This document shows, one piece after another, positions 36,084-47,690 of a stretch of 64,000 nucleotides of DNA; within the stretch, counting starts at the first letter, position 1, and each line of letters begins with the position of its first letter. Both the position numbers and the translations under genes were made by a program. Under the pieces are notes generated by a model. It had not been told where the DNA came from and did not search any database. It was given only the letters and a program-made list of their open reading frames with translations. The stretch comes from Oikopleura dioica (Eukaryota > Animalia > Chordata): assembly GCA_907165135.1 (NCBI GenBank), contig OU015566.1:1798001-1862000 (forward strand), read 5' to 3'.

Positions 36084-36305
36084 AGATATAATAAAATTTG
36101 ACATTTTGTTAATGTCAAACAACCCTAACAATTCAATAATTGATCAATCAATAAGTTTAAATAAAAAAAAAACTCGGATTTTTTCGTGAAAAAACAGTGG
36201 TAAGCAGATTTTTTCTTTCGCAAGTTCAAAAACAGCCTTGAGAAACACCCATCTGCAATTTCATTTTTCTCCATTTCGTCTCAAAAACCTTCAAATCATC
36301 TCCTG

Positions 36306-38685
36306 ATGAAACTGTTAGGCTCCATATCTCTGGCTCTTGCGAGCGCAGACCGCAATGTTGAGCATCGAAGTTTCGAGAGACCAAAGAGCGTTTCACAAAT
36401 CAACGCTGAAGGAACCATTCCAAACGGGATCAAGAATCAAGCGCGACAAGGATTTCTAGATGGGGCTCATCGATGGCATAATCGGACGATTCCGATTTCT
36501 CTGAATCGATCACTCGATGAAAACGGAAGGTAAATCGTTCATTCCTATAAAAAATTCTTTAATTTTTCGCTTTGACCTTTTACTTACCATTTTTCTAGCG
36601 GTGGACTTTTTCAAGCGATCCGAGAACTGGAAGAAAAGAACATTGCTCGATTCAAACCCGCTGGCCCGGAAGATAAAGATTCAATCAACGTCATGAAGGG
36701 CGGCGGCTGCTGGTCCTGGTATGGACGACTGAGCGGGGAGCAAGAATTGTCCCTCGGGACTGGTTGTGGCTGGATGAATGTAGCTATTCACGAGCTTTTC
36801 CATGCGATGGGAATGGCTCATACGCAGATGAGAAGCGATAGGGATGAACATGTGGAAATCCTGTGGGAGAATATCAGCGAGGAGCAGGCTTATAATTTTG
36901 ACAAGCTTGACGATATTTCCTTCAGCAACTACGGTTTTCCATATGACAAGGGATCGTAAACTTTTTTGAAATCAAGAAAGACTTCGTTTTTTTCCAATTC
37001 CGATCCCTGATTTTTGATTATTTCTCCGTGATGCACTACGACAAATACGCCTTCACCAACAACAACGAAATGACCATCAAGACGAAAGATCCCTACTACG
37101 AAAATCTGATTGGCCAGCGGATGACCGCGAGCCCTCAAGATATTCAAATGCTCGATATCATGTACGATCCTTCAAGCTACGACTTGACTCAATGCCGATG
37201 CAAGGCTTTTGAAGTGTCCGGATTTCATTCCCAGGGACACAATGTTCACGGAGTCTACTACCTTGATGGAACTGCTGAAGATAAACTTCTCTATGGCCAA
37301 GGTTTTTGAATAAATTTTTCAATCACAACAAAGAAAATCATCAAAAACCAAACAAGACCAAATCAAAACGGCAACTACCTCGCATACAACAAGTACAACT
37401 GGAGCTGGGGCATTCAAAACGTCGTCGGCGAGAACTACTTCTTTGCCTTGATCTACGATGTATCTCTCTGCCCAGAAGACATCAACGGCCCAGAACCATG
37501 GAACGAGTGGACCGGTCAGCAATGGTCTGCTGTTCCAGGCGCAAAAGCAGAATGCATCGATTGGCTGACTGAGGATGAGACTGTTCCGGAGAGCATCAAA
37601 ATGCCAGAAAACGAAAAACTCGAGAGAGCTGAAGAAGCAAACGGACTGTGTCCATCAGATGAGGATAAATTTATCTGGGAGATTGACAACTGGAGCTTCG
37701 TACTGTAAGCACTCTTTCCTTTTTCATTTATAAAAACTAATCAAGAGCCACGATTCCTCGAGGAACAGCACTGCGAAAGACCTTCGTCGATCGAGAAGGT
37801 TACACTTTCGAAGCTTCAATCTATCCAAATGGTGCGCTGACCGCCCCAGATCACATTTCCGTATTCTTCGGCGTCGTCGAAGGTGAACATGACGATGAGC
37901 TCCCTTGGCCTCTCTACGGTAGATACCTGACTATGGGCCTTGTCGAACCCACCAAGACCTGTCGGGATCGAATGACGCACAAAATGCAGTTCACTTCGGC
38001 CAAATATCTCAACGATTACTACAAGCCATCTGAAGTCGGCCCAACCACCTACGGCTGGAACACCTTTATGAGCAAAGAAGAGTTCGCTGCGTATGATTTT
38101 GTTGACGAGCAAAATGACAGCGTCAAGTTTGTCTTTTCCGCTGAAGATGCAACAGGGCAATATTTGGATTGTGACGTTGAAAAGCTTGGAGACTTCAGCA
38201 GATGCTTTTATCATCCAGTTGATAATGATCTGAGTAAGTTGACTGTAGATCGGAAAGAGGTTAAGGGTTATGGTTATTGACGACTATTTTGAAAAGCAGT
38301 TTCCCTTATGTCATTTTAAGCATTTGACAACAACGGAGTCATTTCCGGCCGCGGAGTTGTCTCCACCAAATCTCCACCAATCAAAATCTATGGCAAACGT
38401 TGCCTCCATGTCGATCTAGAAACAACTGGCTCCGTCACTCTCAGCATCCAGGGCGAAAACGTGTGGACAGGAGAAGAGTATCAATACCTCCTTGAGAAGC
38501 GATTTTTCGAGGGCGACGAGCATCAGCATTTTGATGTCGAGCTCGGCCACGATGATGATTTCTCCGTTGGATATCTTCAATACATCAAGTTGGAAATCAT
38601 CAATCACGACAATGTCGAGACGAAACTTATTCAAACCAATTTTGAGCATGACGACTGCGAGCATGATCACGACCATCATCTTTAG
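36306..38685 (+). CDS. Meprin-like astacin metalloprotease with a MATH domain
   Basis: Signal peptide. HELFHAMGMAH zinc motif at 36789-36821, then RSDRD and the Met-turn SVMHY. MATH GYTFEASIYPNG..HISVFFGVVEGEHDDELPWP. Confidence 0.88.
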
Positions 38686-40437
38686 AGAGATATTTTTTTC
38701 TACTGTTTTAGACAAAAATAAAACATGACTCATTATCAATATTTTTTTTTGCTTTTTCAACACCTTGCCCTAGTTGTTCCTGGTAATCATATTATTCAAT
38801 TCGTAAAAATTGCCCCTTCGCAGAAGGCGACAATGGATAATGACACGAGTCGGCAAGCGGGGGCCTGTCAGGTGTTCCCAGCTGCTCCCGGTTCGTTGGT
38901 GGTCCTTCTTTTCGCCACGCGACCTCGGCCTGGCCGGTTGCCAAGGAGCACCAAAAGTCTGCACCACCGGATTATGGCGCCAAGGAACAAGTGTGTCTAA
39001 TTAGCAAACCAAATAAGAAGGGGAGCAAATCTTGGAGCGCGAACAGCTTTTTTTTGGGCGGGAAAAAACGAGCTCATAACTTCCGGGAATTGAATTAAAT
39101 ACGCCTCGTTTTCTTATGTCAGTTCTTACTTGATGTTTTTCAGAGAAAGATCTTCTCGATCAATTATTTCTTGCTATTCGATTTTATTCTGACAGCATCG
39201 GCAGATCATCTTTTTTCTCTTCTCTATCAAAAAGATGCCAATTAAATTGATGAGTTTCTGTATAAAAACTCGGGCAAATTGAAATGATTTCTTCAAAATT
39301 CAGATGAAATGATTCTCAACAAGATATACATTTTAATCGTTATTTCTTTTGCCAATCCCGTCCTTTTCGGAGTTTTGAACAAGTACGGAAAGCTAATTTG
39401 CGACCTGAAACATGATGATTTGACTCATCCACATCGTAACTGTAAGTCGCTATTACAGTTGCAAAAAAAGGGCTGTGTTTTTTCTTCAGATAAAACAATT
39501 CCTGGATTTTACGGAGAAAATTTTAAACAACTTTTGAATAAAGACCTGCACCTGACTTTTGAGCACTAGATTTAATAAAAACCAGTTCGAGTTCAATTTT
39601 TATGGTGTCGCTTTTTATTGTGTCGTATTCTTTGTACAGGGTCTGACTCTAGCTTCAAGCAAAGCTGTGTTTTAAATAGTTATAGTAAAAGTAAGCATGC
39701 GTTAAATCATTCCGCTGATCTCTACCAGAGAGGGCGCAAGAGCTGTTATTTTGGCGGGAAATTTGAAAAGCAAGAGCGAGAACTAGAAATTTTTCACCGT
39801 AGAAAGTTGAATAAGTTGACTGTTTATATAAATGAAAATTTGAAAATAAGGAAGTGAAGCCCTTAAAAAGGGAAGAAATTTTACAGTTTTGAAAAGTGCT
39901 TATATATAAAATTGAAATAAGGAAAAAATTGAAATAAAGAAAGGATACTTTGTTTTGAGAACAATTCATAAATAAGGTGACTCCTGAATCTTTTTTCTAA
40001 AGAGAAAAAGACAAGGAAGGTTGAAGAAAATGTGACACGACGGTGGTGGGTGAACGGCATTACAGGATGGCAAAGCGAAGTTGTGCTGCAAGTTGGGGCC
40101 CCCAACTTGGGGGGACTCATCGCGGGGTTGAGTTCTTTTACTTTGAGACGGATTCTGAAATTCTAGCGTTAGAAGACTGTTCCCAAATGGTCAAAAAGGA
40201 TGTTCGAAAGAAGGTGTCACTGAGAAAACCACTCTAGAAATACCCTCCTTTGATCCCCAATTCTAGCGCCGGGAAATAATCCCTTGCGGAATTTCCCCCT
40301 CTTCGCACCTTTAGAATTGTAGAATTTCCGACACTGGAAGTCATTGAAAGATCAAATTTGGAATGTGGCATCCAGTGGCACTTGGCTCTTCGCGAAATTC
40401 AAACAAAGAGGCGTTCTTAAGGGGCTCTCAAGCACCA

Positions 40438-41285
40438 TCAAGTGCCCATTGTTTCGAACAGACTTGAGCTCAGCAGGTTTACTGCCCTTTTTTGCGCTTT
40501 ATGCTTACCTTGTTGATTTTTCGGCCGGATGGTGAGTTTTGTCATTTTGGCTTTCTTCGCTTCTGTGGCTGAAACTGGCGCGGAATTCGAAAAGTCGAGT
40601 TGGGCGCGAGTTCGTTTGGTTGGGGATCGCTTCGCTGGGGAGGCAAAGTCGGGAAGAGTCGCGGCTTTTTTGCTTCCGACGGCGTTCAGGGCTTCGGCTC
40701 GACGATTTCGGAGGGCGATGGCTCGATAGTATCGTGGAGCAGAGCGGGTGATAGTCCAATCGTAGTTTTGTTCACTTTCACTGAAGAAAAAATTGTAAGA
40801 AATTTGATGAAGGAGCCTCTTAAATCTTGGCATGTAAAAGGCCTTTAATTGCTCAAAAATATAACCCTTTTCAAGAATCTCTAGAAAGCCCCCACTCTCG
40901 CATGCCCAAACAAACCCTCAAAGAAAGAGGGCAAATTAACACGCGCGCTGATTCTTGTCAAAATAGCGGTCGCTCACCTTGATCTAATGGGTCGACCGGT
41001 AGTCGTGTTGAAGTTGTAAATTTCAGCAAAGCGGCGTTCTTCCGATTCCATTGCTTCAGAAATTTGACGCTTCAGGAAATCGTCGGTAGATTCGCGAGTC
41101 GACACTGGTCGGTTGTTTTCGTCGTTGTCTTGGCCAAAATTCAACCTCCTAAAAATAAAATAAGTCTCTTTGTTAAGGGAATCCTTGGCACTGTTCATAT
41201 TGAGCGAAAAATCTCAAGAAGGCACCTTAATCCCATTAGCCTTTCCACTCCCAAATGTCAAATACGCATTATCTCTGCATGGCAT
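40438..41285 (-). CDS. Cip/Kip-family cyclin-dependent kinase inhibitor
   Basis: CDI-like RLNFG..FLKRQISEAMESEERRFAEIYNFNTTTGRP spliced in frame to NYDWTITRSAPRYY. Basic, SP-rich tail. First exon uncertain. Confidence 0.7.
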
Positions 41286-43705
41286 TACCAAATGTACTCG
41301 AACATAAAATGTCAATCACGCAAAAAATAGTCTTGACAATAAACTGCGGTTTTGTCAACACTGAGTTTTATGCCCAGGACATCTTCTTGCGGCTTTTTTA
41401 TTTAGTATTTACGGCTTCGTTTTTATTCAATAAACCCATTTTGTCGCTAAACTGCCCTAGATTATCAAATCAAAAAACACCCTTTAGCTTTATTTTCCCC
41501 GAAATAATAGGGAAAATATCGTTTGGTAGACCCTTAATTGCCATTTTTCAAGTTTTGATTACATCTTCAACTGACCCCCTCAAAAAACCATCAAACACAT
41601 AATATTATTCCATTTCCAAAACAGTGGCAACCTGGTCACGCGCCAAAAAATAAACTTATGGTAACTACCGATTTTTTTTCTTTACAAAAATAAATTTTCA
41701 TAAACGATCTTTATGTAATGCGCGACTTTGTGGCGGCGAAAAAGCGCGTGAAAAAAAATAAGATGCGATGACCTTAAAAACGAACGGGTTAGATAATGAT
41801 AATAAACATGGTGTCGGGGGCCTGGGGGTTTTCGATTCTGATAGACGGGCAGGAGTGAACTTGGCTTGATTTATGACGCAGGGGCAATCAAGTGAAAGGC
41901 CAAATACACACAAGCTGGGCAAAACAAATTACTTCGCACTTGATTTTCAAGACTTCTAAGACTTAGATTTATCGCTTGTTCCATCATTCAACCCCCGGTT
42001 ACCATAATTTCCGACCGCAAAGAAACATCCCCTTACCGAAAATTATCAAACTTCTCGCACGCTAAGAAGCTTCCCTGGACACGTGACTGTGGTCAATATT
42101 CTGCAGGTGCTCAAGTCGGGGGGCTAAAATGGCGGTCCTAGTAGCGGAAAAAAATCACCACCCGGAACATCCTGTGAAAGAAAATTCGCGGTTCTTTTGT
42201 GTTTTCAAAAAGGTTTCAACCCTTATTTTTTCACACCGGGGGATGCAGATTTTTGGAACTCAGCCTATCCTCATCTTTTTGAGACCTTCGCCCTAGCGCA
42301 TTCGTTTCTGAGCAAAGAAATGATTACGTGATAATAGCGCACTACAAAGTCAATAGAAAAAAGCGTAGTAAAAGCAGAAAAAAATACGCTGTCGGAGAGC
42401 CTGAGAGCTCCGAAAACAAGCACGAGCCCCATCCAGTCTCACCGACAGAGCATTTTTAACTGACTGAGGCAAGTTTTGAAGATGAGAACTTATTTTCAAG
42501 GACGAAAATACGCAATTTTCTTTCAATAAAATCATCATTTTTTTCGGAAAAAATTCAAATTAGCGAAAAATTGAAAATTTATAGGAAGAAAAAAGGTGAA
42601 AAATTAAGGGTATCTCTCTAAAAAATATTTTTATAGTTCTTACCTTCGAACAGGAAGTCTGGATGGGCGAGAAGGTGTCATGAGACTGATGATGTTCGAG
42701 GCCGAGTTTGTCATTGTAGGAATAGTCTGAAAAGAAAAACATGATTATCTCTCATTTTAATAAAATCGTTAATCAACAACAATTAAATTTCTCTTTTTTC
42801 AAATTTTCCTGAAAAAAGTGCATCGCGGCCTGGGCGCGAGCTCAAAATCGATCTTGTCTGACAGAACCAGGCGCGCAAGATCTCTGTTTTGACCGTTTTT
42901 TTTCCCGGGGAAATTTTACTTTTTGAAGGTTTTTTTTCGAATGAGGGAAGACTAGGATGAGCTCGAGTTTTTATGCGTTCGGGCTTTGAGAAGGCAATCG
43001 GTGCTCATCAGGCCGCTCAGACTTTGGCCAAACAAAAGAGCAATGGCGGAGCATAGCGGGGCGCGCGGATCATCCAAAATCATCAAGGGTCGGGGCAAGA
43101 TGGTTGACGATCAGGAGGGCTTATTCAGGGGTAATTAAATAGAAGGAGAAAGTCATTAGGCAAAAATTCGAATCTTTTTTTATCTCAATTTTTAATTTTT
43201 TAGAGTAAAAATCATCAAAATGGTGAATTTTAATTTGAAAAAATAAGGGTGTCAGAACTTTAATTTTTTGTTAAACATTCGATTTCTTGATTAATATCGA
43301 CCTTGAAAAAAAAAAAAGAGTTGAAAAGAAGTAAATATGGTTTTTGGTCATTCACGCGTTCATTTCCGCTTTCAAGCAAGTTTCTGCTTGTTTAGCAGTT
43401 TTATTTTATTTTGTTGAATATAATTTCAAACCCGTTAGTTTGGACAGATGACACCGCCGCGGCGGATGAAAAGGATCAAGAGCGGATCATCCTGGCGGGA
43501 AACAGAGAGCTATAGCTACAGGATACTCTATCCCCCGCCGCTTATCGCTATTGTAAATAACATAAGGATCTGGCCAGGGAAGCCAGAACTACTAAGATTT
43601 TGGGTTTAAGGGTGTAAGAAATAATTCGAGGTAAGTTGAACTTTTCCGATATCATTTTGACACCCTTAAATCACCAATAAACCCCATTTGTCCTCCTTCA
43701 ATACG

Positions 43706-43775
43706 AAATAAGGGTGTCAACAATGCTTTAATCAGGGTTTCGACCTTCTTTAAAACGCCATTGACACCCTTATTT
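43706..43775. mobile_element. 70-bp mini inverted-repeat element (AAATAAGGGTGTCAA termini)
   Basis: Perfect 15-bp inverted termini. The motif recurs many times in the window. Confidence 0.55.
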
Positions 43776-46700
43776 CTAAATTTTCAAAGGCAAAAGTGCT
43801 ATCAATCATTTTTCGTCACGAAAACAGAAGAGAAACGCAATGAAATCTCATTATTCATATCAATTTGAGGCGAACTTTCCCCTCTATTCACGATTATTTG
43901 CGCAAAATCCGATGATCGAGTTACTATTCACCTTCATTTTCATTTCAGAAAAGTCAATTTGCTTTGCGCAAACTAATTCTGAGTCTCAAAATCGCGAAAT
44001 TAAATTTCAATCTCAAGTTCAATCCGGCTAAAAATCGCTTGATCCGGTTGATCCGTTAAATAAGATTAATTTCAAGCTTGGTTTTCTCGAAGAACTTATT
44101 GAGCGAAAGCTTAATTTGATAAAGAAAAAAAAGCGGACAAAAGAACTGCTGGATGCTGCTTAACAAGTTAAGAGCCCGAGGGTCGAATTGTCCTTGTGAA
44201 TGTGGGAGCACGTGGCGGATGTCCGGATCAAAACAAAAAAAAGCGCACTTGAGGGAGTTATTTCTCGCTGTTTAGGTTGATTGAGCCTATTCAGGAAGCT
44301 CGATTTTCGCTAAAAAGAGCGTTTTTCAAGAAAAAAATCTCAAAATAAAAAATATTTTTCTTTTTTTTTATAAAAGGACATTCAAATCGCTGATAAGCCG
44401 CTTATCAGTATTATTTTCTTTAAAACTTACATTTTGAGTCATTCTTGATGGTTTTTTTCGGTATAACTTTTTTTTTTTTCTTCTTGTTGAATTTTTATAT
44501 CTTTGTTTCAAGTTTGTTTCGAGGTCTCTTGGCTGTTATTTCTTCGAGAAAAAGGAGTGATTGAATATCTATAAGCGCGATATATTTTGTTTGAAAAATG
44601 GATTTGAGCTCTGCATCCGGGTTCGCGCTTTTTTACTACGGTTTGGAATAGTAGCGGCGCTGGGGAGCACGCGCGCGGGCGCAGCTGAGGCGCCATCCTC
44701 ACGTACCGAGCTGCTCAAGGCTTCGAGCAAGGCCAGCGAGGAGGAGGAATCGATGACTCTTGATGCAAAACTCAGGGATCGATTCGGGGGTGAATGATTT
44801 GATGAGATCGAAATAAAGGGAGGGATATCATTTTGAGAATTAAGGGATTATTTTATGGGAAATAATAATTTCTGAGAATTTACAAATTGACACCCTTAAT
44901 AAATTTGCTCAAAGGGAAGTTAAAACAAAGAAGAACTGAATCAGGAAAACCTTTTTTGCTTTGAAAAGAGTGATCAAAGAGCCTTGACTAAGATTTTCTT
45001 CCAAATCTGCTAAGGGGATCCCAAAGGAAAAAGATTGAAATAATGAGTCTGGACGGGCGGGCGACCGGAGACAATTTAAATAATTTCAGGAAAGTCTGGA
45101 ATCCTCCTCGGACTCCAAATTCTTTTACTTCTTGACCGAACCATCGCAGGAGTTCCTTGACATTTCCTGTCAGCACCACTCAGCGATCGTTTTATCTCCC
45201 CGCGGCCAGTCAGTTGCGGAGATCAATCAGGACATTTTTCGCACTTACTGTCCTTGACCAGTCCCATCGCGAAAAATGGATGAGCCACGAGCTTAGATCC
45301 CTCCCGCTGAGATCTTTTCAGACCGGGTTTTACAGGCGACTGACAATTTATTGCCAATTTCCGACTCAAGCGACCTAAGCGAGAATAACCATGGGAAGAT
45401 GGAGCTAGAAAAAACTGTCCGTGAATATTTAATCGCATTGAATAAATAATAAATTTTCTCGAGCAGGTGGTCTTTTCGCAGCGCATCGTAATTTTGCTCG
45501 AACACACAATAATGGATGACATCTGTAATGACGAGAAAAGGAGAGGTCGATGCCCCCTCCCCTAAATTTAACCTGGAAGCGAGTCATGTTATCGTCAAAA
45601 GAGACGTTTCAGGCGACTCTTTTGTTGAGAAACGCAGGAAAAAATGGTGAAATAGCCTCATTCTGACTAAGAGACTTTGCGAACTCGTAGTAAATCCAAA
45701 TCCATTCCATATTGATCTACTACTGTATCAACATTTGATTTCTCTCGTAGATTAAATCTTGCGATTCAGCGTTTCTTTTCGCAGCCGGGCTTCAAATTAA
45801 TATTTGTGCTAACCGCGCTCAGCACTGAGTTTCAATGCAAAAGCAATTTTCTTATCGCGTTTTGCATGGGATTGTTAGCTCGTCATCGTTCCTGGGAAAA
45901 AAGGAGGGATGAGAGGGAAGACGAGTCCCTCTCCTCAATGAGTGTCTTGATGAAGCAATAAACGTCTAAAAGGGATAATTCTTGACTTTCTCAAACGCGG
46001 GCTTTTTAAAAATTTCAAACTCGGCGCCGAAAATCACACAGCTCCCGATTTCCCGGTATCGGAAAAGGTTAATGCTAAGCTTCCAATATCCGACCCTGAC
46101 ATTCGTGACGAGTTTTAGGTCTCTCTCACGAGTTCAAGAGTAAATTTGAACACTGTTTATTTGATTTAAGGAAGTTGGCATCAGAAGACAGTATTTCGCA
46201 GGAAGAAAATGAGGGTGTCACTTCGATTTCCTGAAAACTTCGAAAATTGACGGCAAAATTGCTAGAAAACTAATTTTACAACATTATTCTCCAGGTGTGA
46301 AGGACATGTCGCTTATCATGGTGTAGGAAGTGAAAAGGTTAACCCTGACACCAGATGGCTCAGCATCCTGTTCATGTTGCGATAAAGGGATTACTCGAGT
46401 CACACCCCGCAGAAGGCGATAAATTTCGACCAAAACCGGAAGTTGGGCTTTTTGCATAAAAACGACTTTCATTCGAAATTGAGAAAATACCTTCATTCTT
46501 GAAGAAGCCCTTAAGGGGCGGGTCGACGAAATCGGGATTTCCGTGACCAAAAATGGGAGAAAACCTGATAAGATAGGCGAAATCTGAATTTAGTGGCGAA
46601 TAGAAAAGGGTTGAAAAAATTAACCGGCGAAAAGTTGAAAAAATTTGGCCAGAAAAATCGGTCAAAAATCCCATCAAAGTGGGGCCATTTTCGCGAAAAT

Positions 46701-46885
46701 GCACCAAAAATGGTCATTTTTTTACATTTTCCTAATTTTACCCTCTAAATCTCATTTTTATCAAATGATTTTAGGCTCAAAAGATTTGGGAGAATCTGTA
46801 GATTCCAAAAATATAAGTTTCATATCCAGACTATGAGTACAAGCGAAATTACGATCACCCCTGAAAAATTTCTCGTCGACCCCCC

Positions 46886-47094
46886 CCTTAAATTCAGAGG
46901 AAATAGATTTTTTTGAAAAGAAAAATAAGGGTGTCACTGAGTTAATTTCGATGAATGTTATTCAAAATATAAGACTTTAAGTCTTTTTTGTGCGTTTACC
47001 CTTAAGATATTTTTTTGATTAGGAATTTGATCGAAATTAACATGGTGACACCCTTATTTTTCTTCTCGAAAAATTCTTTCCTCTGAATTTAAGG
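46886..47094. mobile_element. MITE with about 50-bp TIRs containing AATAAGGGTGTCAC
   Basis: CCTTAAATTCAGAGGAAA..AAGGGTGTCAC and its reverse complement. Confidence 0.65.
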
Positions 47095-47519
47095 ACTACC
47101 TAAAGAAAGAAGGTATTTTCTTAATTTCAAAATTTATGAATCTCAGAATAGAAAAAGTTAGATACTAAGCCTTAGTAACTAAGGGTATCCCCTTATTATT
47201 TATGCAGATATATTTGCTACGCCCTGAATTCATATTTTCACCTGGCTACAAAATTTTAATGAGATACTAAATGTTATGTTTTCATCATTTCCAGCGTCTG
47301 CCAGATTTGAGTTGGTCAGCATCAATTCTGAGTTTAATTGCCGGAGTATAAAATTTTATTTCGATCGCCCCCGAAAACGTAAGCACTTTGTGACAATGAT
47401 GGATTGTGGAAGCTTCTGTTTGAGAAACGAAAAAATAGAGGAAAAAATATGTTTGCGGAAAGGTCAGATTTGTCGTGATTTCGAGATAAATTGTGCAAAT
47501 TTGAGATATGAAATCTGAC

Positions 47520-47690
47520 AGACAAAAAATCAAAAAATCATTGCACTTTTTTGCGAAAATTTTTTCGAATTTTTTTCCGAAAATTTTTTCGAATATTTTT
47601 TGTAAAATTTTTTCAAATTTTTTGCGAAAAATTTTTTTCGAAATTTTTTTGCAAAAAATTTTTTTTTGAAATATTTTTGTGAAAAAGAAA
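47520..47690. repeat. Low-complexity AAAATTTTTTCG-type repeat
   Basis: Degenerate 12-mer A/T tracts. Confidence 0.6.

Noticed and set aside
39309-39569. Small secreted peptide gene
   Set aside because: Hydrophobic start and one plausible intron, but too short and AT-rich to support without expression data.
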